Origin: Escherichia coli
Lineage (GTDB): Bacteria > Pseudomonadota > Gammaproteobacteria > Enterobacterales > Enterobacteriaceae
Direction: 5' to 3' (one strand)
DNA length: 64,000 bases
Assembly (NCBI RefSeq): GCF_003334785.1
Contig: NZ_QOWV01000012.1
Part shown: positions 44,446 through 55,707 of the stretch, piece by piece
Numbering within the stretch: position 1 is the stretch's first letter
Layout of the letters: each line of letters opens with the position of its first letter
Position numbers and translations under genes: made by a program
The notes under the pieces: model-generated
Told to the model about the DNA's origin: nothing
What the model saw: the letters and a program-made list of their open reading frames with translations, nothing else
Databases searched by the model: none

Positions 44446-46383
44446 GTGGAAAAAGCCAAACAAGTTACCTGGCGGCTGTTGGCTGCCGGTGTCTGTCTGC
44501 TGACGGTCAGCAGCGTGGCGCGAGCCGACTCACTGGATGAGCAGCGTAGCCGTTACGCGCAAATCAAGCAGGCCTGGGATAATCGACAAATGGATGTGGT
44601 CGAACAAATGATGCCTGGACTGAAGGATTATCCGCTTTATCCCTACCTGGAATACCGCCAGATCACCGATGATCTGATGAATCAACCGGCGGTGACGGTC
44701 ACTAACTTTGTTCGCGCTAACCCCACGCTTCCTCCCGCTCGCACGCTGCAATCTCGTTTCGTCAATGAACTGGCGCGGCGTGAAGACTGGCGTGGCTTGT
44801 TAGCCTTTAGCCCGGAAAAGCCCGGAACTACCGAAGCGCAATGTAATTACTACTATGCGAAATGGAACACCGGGCAGAGTGAAGAAGCCTGGCAAGGGGC
44901 GAAAGAGCTGTGGCTAACCGGCAAGAGCCAGCCTAACGCCTGTGACAAGTTATTTAGCGTCTGGCGTGCGTCAGGTAAACAAGATCCGCTGGCTTATTTA
45001 GAGCGTATCCGTCTGGCGATGAAAGCGGGTAACACTGGCCTGGTAACAGTGCTGGCAGGGCAGATGCCTGCCGATTACCAGACTATCGCCTCGGCAATCA
45101 TTTCACTGGCGAACAACCCTAATACGGTACTGACCTTCGCGCGTACAACCGGAGCGACCGATTTTACCCGTCAAATGGCGGCGGTGGCGTTTGCCAGTGT
45201 GGCGCGGCAGGATGCTGAAAATGCACGGCTGATGATCCCGTCGCTTGCCCAGGCGCAGCAGCTTAATGAAGATCAGATTCAGGAGCTGCGCGATATCGTC
45301 GCCTGGCGTTTGATGGGCAACGATGTCACCGACGAGCAGGCGAAATGGCGCGATGACGCCATTATGCGCTCGCAATCCACGTCGTTGATTGAACGCCGTG
45401 TGCGAATGGCACTTGGCACCGGCGATCGTCGCGGCCTGAATACCTGGCTGGCGCGTCTGCCGATGGAAGCAAAAGAGAAAGATGAATGGCGTTACTGGCA
45501 GGCGGATTTATTGCTGGAACGCGGACGTGAAGCTGAAGCGAAAGAGATTTTGCATCAACTCATGCAACAGCGTGGTTTCTACCCGATGGTTGCAGCACAA
45601 CGCATCGGAGAAGAGTATGAGCTGAAGATTGATAAAGCGCCGCAGAATGTTGACAGCGCCCTGACTCAGGGGCCGGAGATGGCGCGCGTGCGCGAGTTGA
45701 TGTACTGGAATCTCGATAACACCGCGCGTAGCGAGTGGGCCAATCTGGTGAAGAGCAAGTCAAAAACAGAGCAGGCTCAACTGGCTCGGTATGCTTTCAA
45801 TAACCAATGGTGGGATCTTAGCGTTCAGGCAACGATCGCCGGGAAGCTTTGGGATCATCTGGAAGAGCGATTCCCGCTGGCTTACAACGATCTTTTCAAA
45901 CGTTACACCAGTGGGAAAGAGATCCCGCAAAGCTATGCGATGGCGATTGCCCGTCAGGAGAGCGCCTGGAATCCGAAAGTGAAATCACCGGTAGGGGCCA
46001 GCGGCCTGATGCAGATTATGCCTGGTACAGCGACCCATACGGTGAAGATGTTCTCTATTCCTGGTTATAGCAGCCCTGGGCAATTGCTGGATCCGGAAAC
46101 GAATATCAACATTGGCACCAGTTACCTGCAATATGTTTATCAGCAGTTTGGCAATAACCGTATTTTCTCCTCAGCAGCTTATAACGCCGGACCTGGACGG
46201 GTGCGAACCTGGCTTGGCAACAGCGCCGGGCGTATCGACGCTGTGGCATTTGTCGAGAGTATTCCGTTCTCCGAGACGCGCGGTTATGTGAAGAACGTGC
46301 TGGCTTATGACGCTTACTACCGCTATTTCATGGGGGATAAACCGACGTTGATGAGCGCCACGGAATGGGGACGTCGTTACTGA
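44446..46383 (+). CDS. slt: soluble lytic murein transglycosylase Slt70
   Basis: ORF 44416..46383; GTG start giving EKAKQVTWRLLAAGVCLLTVSSVARA (signal peptide), 645 aa; C-terminal lysozyme-like domain with catalytic ES motif (AIARQESAWNP). Confidence 0.95.
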   Translation: MEKAKQVTWRLLAAGVCLLTVSSVARADSLDEQRSRYAQIKQAWDNRQMDVVEQMMPGLKDYPLYPYLEYRQITDDLMNQPAVTVTNFVRANPTLPPARTLQSRFVNELARREDWRGLLAFSPEKPGTTEAQCNYYYAKWNTGQSEEAWQGAKELWLTGKSQPNACDKLFSVWRASGKQDPLAYLERIRLAMKAGNTGLVTVLAGQMPADYQTIASAIISLANNPNTVLTFARTTGATDFTRQMAAVAFASVARQDAENARLMIPSLAQAQQLNEDQIQELRDIVAWRLMGNDVTDEQAKWRDDAIMRSQSTSLIERRVRMALGTGDRRGLNTWLARLPMEAKEKDEWRYWQADLLLERGREAEAKEILHQLMQQRGFYPMVAAQRIGEEYELKIDKAPQNVDSALTQGPEMARVRELMYWNLDNTARSEWANLVKSKSKTEQAQLARYAFNNQWWDLSVQATIAGKLWDHLEERFPLAYNDLFKRYTSGKEIPQSYAMAIARQESAWNPKVKSPVGASGLMQIMPGTATHTVKMFSIPGYSSPGQLLDPETNINIGTSYLQYVYQQFGNNRIFSSAAYNAGPGRVRTWLGNSAGRIDAVAFVESIPFSETRGYVKNVLAYDAYYRYFMGDKPTLMSATEWGRRY

Positions 46384-46407
46384 TCCGCACGTTTATGATA
46401 TGCTATC

Positions 46408-46425
46408 GTACTCTTTAGCGAGTAC
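46408..46425. promoter_or_regulatory. TrpR operator in trpR promoter (autoregulation)
   Basis: 18-bp palindrome GTACTCTTTAGCGAGTAC resembling trp operator consensus GTACTAGTTAACTAGTAC, about 50 bp upstream of trpR ATG. Confidence 0.8.
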
Positions 46426-46457
46426 AACCGGGGGAGGCATTTTGCTTCCCCCGCTAA

Positions 46458-46799
<342 letters not shown>

Positions 46800-46802
46800 T
46801 TT

Positions 46803-46942
46803 TGTAGGCCTGATAAGACGCGGCAGCGTCGCATCAGGCATCGTGCACCGAATGCCGGATGCGGCGTGAACGCCTTATCCGTCCTACAAATACCCGTAAT
46901 TTCAATATGTTTGGTAGGCATGATAAGACGCGGCAGCGTCGC
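46803..46942. repeat. REP/BIME palindromic elements between trpR and yjjX
   Basis: Three REP units including GTAGGCCTGATAAGACGCGGCAGCGTCGCATCAGGCA (twice) and GCCGGATGCGGCGTGAACGCCTTATCCGTCCTAC. Confidence 0.88.
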
Positions 46943-46951
46943 ATCAGGCGC

Positions 46952-47476
<525 letters not shown>

Positions 47477-47515
47477 TCAGAAAATTAACGTTACAGCAGT
47501 ATACGGAAAAAAAGC

Positions 47516-48163
47516 ATGTTACAGGTATACCTAGTCCGCCACGGTGAAACGCAGTGGAACGCCGAGCGACGTATTCAGGGCCAGTCTGACAGCCCGCTGA
47601 CCGCCAAAGGTGAGCAACAGGCGATGCAGGTGGCGACGCGTGCCAAAGAGCTTGGCATTACGCATATCATCAGCAGCGATTTAGGGCGCACCCGGCGTAC
47701 GGCGGAAATCATCGCCCAGGCCTGCGGCTGTGACATCATCTTTGATTCTCGCCTGCGTGAATTAAACATGGGTGTGCTGGAAAAAAGACATATCGATTCT
47801 CTGACCGAAGAAGAAGAGAACTGGCGTCGGCAGCTGGTCAATGGCACCGTTGACGGGCGTATTCCTGAAGGCGAGTCAATGCAGGAGCTCAGCGATCGCG
47901 TCAATGCGGCACTGGAATCTTGCCGGGACTTACCGCAGGGAAGCCGACCGCTGCTGGTGAGTCATGGTATTGCACTGGGATGCCTGGTGAGTACGATTCT
48001 CGGATTACCAGCATGGGCAGAGCGCCGCTTACGTCTGCGTAACTGTTCTATTTCGCGCGTGGATTATCAGGAAAGCCTGTGGCTGGCGTCTGGCTGGGTC
48101 GTTGAAACCGCAGGGGACATCTCGCATCTGGACGCCCCTGCATTAGATGAGCTGCAGCGTTAA
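47516..48163 (+). CDS. gpmB: probable phosphoglycerate mutase GpmB (histidine phosphatase superfamily)
   Basis: 215-aa ORF with RHGETQWN catalytic motif. Confidence 0.93.
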   Translation: MLQVYLVRHGETQWNAERRIQGQSDSPLTAKGEQQAMQVATRAKELGITHIISSDLGRTRRTAEIIAQACGCDIIFDSRLRELNMGVLEKRHIDSLTEEEENWRRQLVNGTVDGRIPEGESMQELSDRVNAALESCRDLPQGSRPLLVSHGIALGCLVSTILGLPAWAERRLRLRNCSISRVDYQESLWLASGWVVETAGDISHLDAPALDELQR

Positions 48164-49029
48164 CGGCGGATAGGAATCAGCAGTTCACAGCGCAGATTAA
48201 TTGGGCGATCTCCCGCTTTGGCGTCTTCTGCCGGGTAGTATCGCTCAATATCCTGACCTTTACGGCGCGTCAGGTTGAGCATTGGCATGCACGTTCCGTA
48301 TACCGTCAGGATAAACTCCTGCACGCCGGTTCCCAGACCTTCATAGGTAAACATCACATATTCGCCGCCCTGCAGCATCACCGGATGCCCCGTCAGTACA
48401 TAGCCATCTGCCTGATCCTGGGCTAACGCGGTGGTATAGAATACCTCTTGTTCGTCGTCTTTATCCTGACTCGGACGCGTTTCATTCAGGCCGTAGAGCA
48501 CTGGCGGAATGGTCGGCGCGTTGCCGAGAAAATCGTGCCAGAACTGATAACGCATTTCATGGCGGAAATCAGAGATTTGCTCCAGCGAACAGGAGTAGCT
48601 CTGGGTAACACCAATCAGCGGCGTATCTTCCAGGGTGACAAATTTATGCTCTGGCATAGTGAATTCACCCAGACGCAGCGGCGGGCGAATACCAAAGGCG
48701 CTCCATTCAGGAGAACGGCGGTAAAGTGCAGGAGTCTGGGCAAACTGCTTCTTGAATGCGCGGGTAAATGTCTGTTGAGAGTCGAAGCGGTATTGCAGCG
48801 CGATGTCCAGAATCGGACGCGCAGTCAGGCGTAGTGCGACCGCCGATTTCGACAAACGACGAGCACGAATATACGCGCCAATAGCATGGCCAGTGACATC
48901 TTTAAACATTCTCTGTAAGTGCCACTTGGAATAACCTGCTTTCGCCGCTACATTGTCGAGCGACAGGGGCTGATCCAGATGACCTTCCAGCCAGATTAAA
49001 AGGTCGCGAATAATGCCGGCCTGATCCAT
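48160..49029 (-). CDS. rob: AraC/XylS-family right-origin-binding protein Rob
   Basis: 289-aa ORF MDQAGIIRDLLIWLEGHLDQPLSLDNVAAKAGYSKWHLQRMFK...; N-terminal AraC HTH pair plus GyrI-like domain; stop overlaps gpmB stop (convergent, 4 nt). Confidence 0.96.
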   Translation of the reverse strand: MDQAGIIRDLLIWLEGHLDQPLSLDNVAAKAGYSKWHLQRMFKDVTGHAIGAYIRARRLSKSAVALRLTARPILDIALQYRFDSQQTFTRAFKKQFAQTPALYRRSPEWSAFGIRPPLRLGEFTMPEHKFVTLEDTPLIGVTQSYSCSLEQISDFRHEMRYQFWHDFLGNAPTIPPVLYGLNETRPSQDKDDEQEVFYTTALAQDQADGYVLTGHPVMLQGGEYVMFTYEGLGTGVQEFILTVYGTCMPMLNLTRRKGQDIERYYPAEDAKAGDRPINLRCELLIPIRR

Positions 49030-49239
49030 AAAATATCCTCATCCTTTCAACAACGAGCACCTGACATCAGGTAATTGGATAATAGCATTTTTTGCTGTTT
49101 TAGCATTCAGTGTTTTTTTCTTAGTAGAGTATGTTTTAGGTCTTGACGGAAATAAAAGTATTGAGATTTTGTTCTTAATCAATATGTTATTTACCGTGAC
49201 GAACTAATTGCTCGTGTAATAGATAAAAATGGTAACAAT

Positions 49240-49713
49240 ATGAAATACAAGCATTTGATCCTGTCTTTAAGCCTGATAATGCTGGGGCCATTGGCTCATG
49301 CAGAAGAGATTGGTTCGGTCGACACCGTATTTAAAATGATCGGCCCGGATCACAAAATTGTTGTGGAAGCCTTTGACGATCCCGATGTGAAAAATGTCAC
49401 CTGTTATGTGAGCCGGGCGAAAACAGGTGGTATTAAAGGGGGATTGGGTCTGGCGGAAGATACCTCCGATGCGGCTATTTCTTGTCAGCAAGTCGGGCCG
49501 ATTGAACTGTCGGATCGTATTAAAAACGGCAAAGCTCAGGGCGAGGTAGTATTCAAAAAACGCACGTCCCTGGTCTTTAAGTCGTTACAGGTCGTGCGCT
49601 TTTATGACGCCAAACGCAACGCGCTCGCTTATCTGGCTTACTCCGACAAAGTTGTAGAAGGTTCGCCGAAAAACGCGATTAGCGCGGTTCCTGTCATGCC
49701 GTGGCGGCAATAA
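49240..49713 (+). CDS. creA: periplasmic protein CreA
   Basis: 157-aa ORF with signal peptide [21 protein letters not shown]; first gene of creABCD. Confidence 0.92.
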
Positions 49714-49725
49714 CAGAGGCGATTT

Positions 49726-50415
49726 ATGCAACGGGAAACGGTCTGGTTAGTGGAAGATGAGCAAGGGATAGCCGACACGCTGGTCTACATGTTGCAGCAG
49801 GAAGGTTTTGCCGTCGAGGTCTTTGAGCGAGGCTTGCCGGTGCTGGATAAAGCTCGCCAGCAGGTTCCCGACGTCATGATTCTCGATGTTGGTTTGCCTG
49901 ATATCAGCGGCTTTGAATTGTGCCGCCAGTTACTGGCGCTCCATCCGGCGTTACCTGTACTGTTCCTGACGGCCCGAAGTGAAGAGGTCGATCGCCTGCT
50001 TGGGCTGGAAATTGGCGCTGACGACTATGTGGCTAAACCGTTTTCACCCCGCGAAGTGTGCGCCAGGGTGCGCACCTTACTGCGTCGGGTGAAGAAGTTC
50101 TCGTCGCCGTCTCCCGTCATCCGTATTGGTCATTTTGAATTGAATGAACCCGCGGCGCAGATCAGCTGGTTTGACACGCCATTAACGCTGACGCGGTATG
50201 AGTTTTTATTGCTGAAGACGTTACTCAAGTCGCCAGGCCGCGTCTGGTCCCGCCAGCAACTAATGGATAGCGTGTGGGAAGATGCGCAGGACACCTACGA
50301 TCGCACCGTCGATACCCACATTAAAACGTTGCGTGCCAAGCTGCGCGCCATCAACCCCGATCTTTCTCCGATTAATACTCATCGCGGCATGGGATATAGC
50401 CTGAGGGGCCTGTAA
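49726..50415 (+). CDS. creB: two-component response regulator CreB (OmpR family)
   Basis: 229-aa ORF with receiver domain (DVMILDVGLPD) and winged-helix output domain. Confidence 0.95.
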   Translation: MQRETVWLVEDEQGIADTLVYMLQQEGFAVEVFERGLPVLDKARQQVPDVMILDVGLPDISGFELCRQLLALHPALPVLFLTARSEEVDRLLGLEIGADDYVAKPFSPREVCARVRTLLRRVKKFSSPSPVIRIGHFELNEPAAQISWFDTPLTLTRYEFLLLKTLLKSPGRVWSRQQLMDSVWEDAQDTYDRTVDTHIKTLRAKLRAINPDLSPINTHRGMGYSLRGL

Positions 50416-51839
50416 TGCGTATCGGCATGCGGTTGCTGCTGGGCTATTTTTTACTGGTGGCGGTGGCGGCCTGGTTCGTACTGGCTATTTTTGTCAAAGA
50501 AGTTAAACCGGGCGTGCGAAGAGCAACGGAGGGGACGTTAATCGATACCGCAACGTTGCTGGCGGAGCTGGCGCGTCCCGATTTGCTCTCTGGGGACCCA
50601 ACGCATGGGCAACTGGCGCAGGCGTTTAATCAGCTACAACATCGCCCGTTTCGCGCCAATATCGGTGGCATTAACAAAGTGCGCAATGAATATCATGTCT
50701 ATATAACCGATTCGCAGGGTAAAGTATTGTTCGATTCGGCAAATAAAGCCGTTGGGCAGGATTATTCGCGCTGGAATGACGTCTGGCTAACGTTGCGTGG
50801 TCAGTATGGTGCGCGCAGCACGTTGCAAAATCCTGCCGATCCCGAAAGTTCGGTGATGTATGTTGCCGCGCCGATTATGGACGGCTCGCGGCTTATTGGC
50901 GTTTTGAGCGTAGGCAAACCGAACGCGGCGATGGCTCCGGTCATTAAGCGTAGCGAGCGGCGAATTTTATGGGCCAGCGCCATTTTGCTGGGGATTGCAC
51001 TGGTGATTGGCGCAGGCATGGTTTGGTGGATCAACCGCTCCATTGCCCGGCTCACTCGCTATGCCGATTCCGTCACTGACAATAAGCCCGTTCCTCTTCC
51101 TGAACTCGGCAGTAGCGAGTTGCGTAAGCTTGCGCAGGCGCTGGAAAGTATGCGCGTGAAGCTGGAAGGGAAAAACTATATTGAGCAGTATGTTTATGCG
51201 TTAACCCATGAGCTAAAAAGCCCACTGGCGGCGATTCGTGGCGCGGCGGAAATTTTACGCGAAGGTCCGCCACCGGAAGTGGTGGCTCGTTTTACCGACA
51301 ACATTCTGACGCAAAATGCGCGTATGCAGGCATTGGTAGAAACGTTACTACGCCAGGCAAGACTGGAGAATCGTCAGGAAGTCGTTCTGACTGTTGTTGA
51401 TGTGGCGGCATTATTTCGCCGCGTCAGCGAAGCGCGCACCGTGCAGTTGGCAGAAAAAAACATCACTCTACATGTTATGCCCACTGAGGTTAATGTTGCT
51501 GCTGAACCGGCGTTACTGGAGCAGGCGCTGGGGAATTTACTGGATAACGCCATCGATTTTACCCCCGAGAGCGGTCGCATAACGCTAAGCGCCGAAGTGG
51601 ATCAGGAACACGTCGCCCTTAAGGTGCTGGATACCGGTAGTGGTATTCCTGACTACGCGCTGTCACGTATTTTTGAACGCTTTTACTCTTTGCCGCGTGC
51701 AAATGGGCAAAAAAGCAGCGGTCTGGGGTTGGCGTTCGTCAGTGAGGTCGCCCGTTTGTTTAACGGCGAAGTCACGCTGCGCAACGTGCAGGAAGGTGGC
51801 GTGCTGGCCTCGCTTCGACTTCACCGTCACTTCACATAG
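50415..51839 (+). CDS. creC: two-component sensor histidine kinase CreC
   Basis: 474-aa ORF, two TM segments, H-box (ALTHELKSPLAAIRG), ATPase G-boxes; start overlaps creB stop (TAATG). Confidence 0.95.
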   Translation: MRIGMRLLLGYFLLVAVAAWFVLAIFVKEVKPGVRRATEGTLIDTATLLAELARPDLLSGDPTHGQLAQAFNQLQHRPFRANIGGINKVRNEYHVYITDSQGKVLFDSANKAVGQDYSRWNDVWLTLRGQYGARSTLQNPADPESSVMYVAAPIMDGSRLIGVLSVGKPNAAMAPVIKRSERRILWASAILLGIALVIGAGMVWWINRSIARLTRYADSVTDNKPVPLPELGSSELRKLAQALESMRVKLEGKNYIEQYVYALTHELKSPLAAIRGAAEILREGPPPEVVARFTDNILTQNARMQALVETLLRQARLENRQEVVLTVVDVAALFRRVSEARTVQLAEKNITLHVMPTEVNVAAEPALLEQALGNLLDNAIDFTPESGRITLSAEVDQEHVALKVLDTGSGIPDYALSRIFERFYSLPRANGQKSSGLGLAFVSEVARLFNGEVTLRNVQEGGVLASLRLHRHFT

Positions 51840-51896
51840 CTTCAAATTCTTCCCACATAGCCTTCGTATCCTGCTGCCATTGCAAAGGAGAAGACT

Positions 51897-53249
51897 ATGT
51901 TGAAATCCCCCCTGTTCTGGAAAATGACCACCCTGTTTGGTGCCGTATTGCTGTTGTTGATTCCGATAATGCTGATTCGGCAGGTGATTGTCGAACGTGC
52001 CGATTACCGTAGCGATGTGGAAGATGCGATTCGCCAAAGTACCAGCGGGCCGCAAAAACTCGTTGGGCCGCTTATCGCTATTCCTGTGACCGAGCTTTAT
52101 ACGGTACAGGAAGAGGATAAAACCGTGGAGCGGAAACGAAGTTTTATCCATTTTTGGTTACCTGAGTCATTGATGGTTGATGGCAATCAGAACGTGGAAG
52201 AACGCAAGATAGGGATTTATACCGGTCAGGTCTGGCACAGTGATTTAACGCTAAAAGCCGATTTCGATGTTTCGCGTCTTAGCGAACTCGACGCGCCAAA
52301 TATCACCTTTGGCAAGCCATTTATTGTGATTAGCGTCGGGGATGCGCGTGGTATTGGTGTGGTGAAAGCGCCTGAAGTTAACGGAACGGCGCTGACCATT
52401 GAACCCGGCACCGGGTTAGAGCAAGGCGGGCAGGGCGTGCATATCCCTTTACCCGAAGGGGACTGGCGGAAGCAGAACCTGAAGCTGAATATGGCCCTGA
52501 ATTTAAGCGGTACCGGCGATCTTTCTGTGGTGCCTGCCGGGCGTAATAGCGAAATGACCTTAACCAGCAACTGGCCGCATCCCAGTTTTTTAGGTGATTT
52601 TTTGCCAGCCAAACGGGAAGTTAGCGAGTCAGGTTTTCAGGCGCAATGGCAAAGCAGCTGGTTTGCTAATAATCTCGGTGAGCGTTTTGCTTCAGGCAAT
52701 GATACCGGCTGGGAAAACTTCCCCGCGTTTAGCGTCGCAGTGACGACGCCAGCCGATCAATACCAATTAACGGACCGGGCGACTAAGTACGCCATTCTGC
52801 TGATTGCACTGACTTTTATGGCGTTCTTTGTTTTTGAAACGCTCACCGCGCAACGTTTACACCCAATGCAATATTTGCTGGTGGGGCTTTCATTGGTGAT
52901 GTTTTATTTGCTCTTGCTGGCGCTTTCTGAACATATCGGTTTTACCGTGGCATGGATAATCGCCAGTCTGATTGGGGCGTTAATGAACGGTATTTATTTG
53001 CAGGCGGTATTGAAAGGCTGGCGCAACAGCATGTTGTTTACCCTCGCGCTGTTGTTGCTGGATGGTGTGATGTGGGGACTGCTCAACTCTGCCGATAGCG
53101 CGCTGTTGTTGGGAACCAGTGTGCTGGTGGTGGCGCTGGCCGGCATGATGTTTGTGACTCGTAATATCGACTGGTATGCGTTTTCACTGCCGAAAATGAA
53201 AGCCAGTAAAGAAGTTACAATGGACGATCAATTACGTATCTGGAAATAA
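51897..53249 (+). CDS. creD: inner membrane protein CreD
   Basis: 450-aa ORF with N-terminal TM, large periplasmic region and C-terminal multi-TM block. Confidence 0.93.
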   Translation: MLKSPLFWKMTTLFGAVLLLLIPIMLIRQVIVERADYRSDVEDAIRQSTSGPQKLVGPLIAIPVTELYTVQEEDKTVERKRSFIHFWLPESLMVDGNQNVEERKIGIYTGQVWHSDLTLKADFDVSRLSELDAPNITFGKPFIVISVGDARGIGVVKAPEVNGTALTIEPGTGLEQGGQGVHIPLPEGDWRKQNLKLNMALNLSGTGDLSVVPAGRNSEMTLTSNWPHPSFLGDFLPAKREVSESGFQAQWQSSWFANNLGERFASGNDTGWENFPAFSVAVTTPADQYQLTDRATKYAILLIALTFMAFFVFETLTAQRLHPMQYLLVGLSLVMFYLLLLALSEHIGFTVAWIIASLIGALMNGIYLQAVLKGWRNSMLFTLALLLLDGVMWGLLNSADSALLLGTSVLVVALAGMMFVTRNIDWYAFSLPKMKASKEVTMDDQLRIWK

Positions 53250-53261
53250 GGTTGAAAAATA

Positions 53262-53292
53262 AAAACGGCGCTAAAAAGCGCCATTTTTTTTG
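53262..53292. terminator. Bidirectional Rho-independent terminator between convergent creD and arcA
   Basis: A-run, hairpin GGCGCT-aaaaa-GCGCC, then T8 run. Confidence 0.8.
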
Positions 53293-53308
53293 ACGGTGGT
53301 AACGCCGA

Positions 53309-54025
53309 TTAATCTTCCAGATCACCGCAGAAGCGATAACCTTCACCGTGGATGGTGGCGATGATTTCCGGCGTATCCGGCGTAGATTCGAAATGTTTAC
53401 GAATACGGCGGATCGTCACGTCTACAGTACGGTCGTGTGGTTTCAGCTCACGGCCGGTCATTTTCTTCAGCAGTTCAGCACGGGACTGAATTTTGCCTGG
53501 GTTTTCACAGAAGTGAAGCATGGCGCGGAACTCGCTGCGCGGCAGCTTGTACTGCTCGCCATCAGGGCCGATCAACGAACGGCTGTTGATGTCCAGTTCC
53601 CAACCATTGAACTTGTAGCTTTCAACGCTACGACGTTCTTCGCTGACAGTACCCAGATTCATGGTACGGGACAGCAGGTTGCGTGCACGAATCGTCAGTT
53701 CACGCGGGTTGAACGGTTTGGTGATGTAGTCATCTGCACCGATTTCGAGGCCGAGAATTTTATCGACTTCGTTGTCACGGCCAGTCAGGAACATCAACGC
53801 AACATTCGCCTGCTCGCGCAGTTCACGCGCTAACAGAAGACCGTTCTTACCCGGCAGATTGATATCCATGATCACCAGGTTGATGTCATATTCAGAGAGG
53901 ATCTGATGCATTTCCGCGCCATCTGTCGCTTCGAAAACATCATAGCCTTCCGCTTCGAAAATACTTTTCAACGTGTTGCGTGTTACCAACTCGTCTTCAA
54001 CGATAAGAATGTGCGGGGTCTGCAT
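53309..54025 (-). CDS. arcA: aerobic respiration control response regulator ArcA (OmpR family)
   Basis: 238-aa [46 protein letters not shown]...; recognised ArcA. Confidence 0.97.
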
Positions 54026-54120
54026 GTTTGCTACCTAAATTGCCAACTAAATCGAAACAGGAAGTACAAAAGTCCCTGACCTGCCTGATGCATGCTGCAA
54101 ATTAACATGATCGGCGTAAC

Positions 54121-54261
54121 ATGACTAAAGTACGTAATTGCGTTCTTGATGCACTTTCCATCAACGTCAACAACATCATTAGCTTGGTCGTGGGTACTTT
54201 CCCTCAGGACCCGACAGTGTCAAAAACGGCTGTCATCCTAACCATTTTAACAGCAACATAA
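54121..54261 (+). CDS. yjjY: small protein YjjY (46 aa)
   Basis: ATG..TAA ORF read by hand: MTKVRNCVLDALSINVNNIISLVVGTFPQDPTVSKTAVILTILTAT; below the ORF-track size cutoff; lies in arcA upstream region as in K-12. Confidence 0.6.
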   Translation: MTKVRNCVLDALSINVNNIISLVVGTFPQDPTVSKTAVILTILTAT

Positions 54262-54660
54262 CAGGCTAAGAGGGGCCGGACACCCAATAAAACTACGCTT
54301 CGTTGACATATATCAAGTTCAATTGTAGCACGTTAACAGTTTGATGAAATCATCGTATCTAAATGCTAGCTTTCGTCACATTATTTTAATAATCCAACTA
54401 GTTGCATCATACAACTAATAAACGTGGTGAATCCAATTGTCGAGATTTATTTTTTATAAAATTATCCTAAGTAAACAGAAGGATATGTAGCATTTTTTAA
54501 CAATTCAACCGTTAGTACAGTCAGGAAATAGTTTAGCCTTTTTTAAGCTAAGTAAAGGGCTTTTTCTGCGACTTACGTTAAGGATTTGTAAATTCGCACC
54601 GCGTAATAAGTTGACAGTGATCACCCTGTTCGCGGTCATTTGGTCAAGAAGAGTGGCAAT

Positions 54661-55347
54661 ATGCGTATAACGATTATTCTGGTCGCACCCGCCAGAGCAG
54701 AAAATATTGGGGCAGCGGCGCGGGCAATGAAAACGATGGGGTTTAGCGAACTGCGGATTGTCGATAGTCAGGCACATCTGGAGCCAGTCACTCGCTGGGT
54801 CGCACATGGATCTGGTGATATTATTGATAATATTAAAGTTTTCCCGACACTGGTTGAATCGTTACACGATGTCGATTTCACTGTCGCCACCACTGCGCGC
54901 AGTCGGGCGAAATATCATTACTACGCCACGCCAGTTGAACTGGTGCCGCTGTTAGAGGAAAAATCTTCATGGATGAGCCATGCCGCGCTGGTGTTTGGTC
55001 GCGAAGATTCCGGGTTGACTAACGAAGAGTTAGCGTTGGCTGACGTTCTTACTGGTGTGCCGATGGTGGCGGATTATCCTTCGCTCAATCTGGGGCAGGC
55101 AGTGATGGTCTATTGCTATCAATTAGCAACATTAATACAACAACCGACGAAAAGTGACACAACGGCAGACCAACATCAACTGCAAGCTTTACGCGAACGA
55201 GTCATGGCATTGCTGACGACTCTGGCAGTGGCAGATGACATAAAACTGGTCGACTGGTTACAGCAACGCCTGGGGCTTTTAGAGCAACGAGACACGGCAA
55301 TGTTGCACCGTTTGCTGCATGATATTGAAAAAAATATCACCAAATAA
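54661..55347 (+). CDS. lasT: SpoU/TrmH-family RNA 2-prime-O-methyltransferase LasT (YjtD)
   Basis: ORF 54640..55347 (TTG); start at ATG giving MRITIILVAPARAENIGAAARAMKTMGF (228 aa); SPOUT fold pattern. Confidence 0.9.
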   Translation: MRITIILVAPARAENIGAAARAMKTMGFSELRIVDSQAHLEPVTRWVAHGSGDIIDNIKVFPTLVESLHDVDFTVATTARSRAKYHYYATPVELVPLLEEKSSWMSHAALVFGREDSGLTNEELALADVLTGVPMVADYPSLNLGQAVMVYCYQLATLIQQPTKSDTTADQHQLQALRERVMALLTTLAVADDIKLVDWLQQRLGLLEQRDTAMLHRLLHDIEKNITK

Positions 55348-55481
55348 AAAACGCCTTAGTAAGTATTTTTCAGCTTTTCATTCTGACTGCAATGGGCAAT
55401 ATGTCTCTGTGTGGATTAAAAAAAGAGTCTCTGACAGCAGCTTCTGAACTGGTTACCTGCCGTGAGTAAATTAAAATTTTA

Positions 55482-55519
55482 TTGACTTAGGTCACTAAAT
55501 ACTTTAACCAATATAGGCA
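55482..55519 (+). promoter_or_regulatory. thr operon promoter
   Basis: -35 TTGACT followed about 17 nt later by a TAACCA-like -10 region, about 45-75 nt upstream of thrL; exact -10 uncertain. Confidence 0.6.
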
Positions 55520-55557
55520 TAGCGCACAGACAGATAAAAATTACAGAGTACACAACA

Positions 55558-55626
<69 letters not shown>

Positions 55627-55644
55627 CGCGTACAGGAAACACAG

Positions 55645-55681
55645 AAAAAAGCCCGCACCTGACAGTGCGGGCTTTTTTTTT
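55645..55681 (+). terminator. thr attenuator (Rho-independent terminator)
   Basis: AAAAAAGCCCGCACCTGACAGTGCGGGCTTTTTTTTT hairpin plus U-run between thrL and thrA. Confidence 0.93.
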
Positions 55682-55707
55682 CGACCAAAGGTAACGAGGT
55701 AACAACC

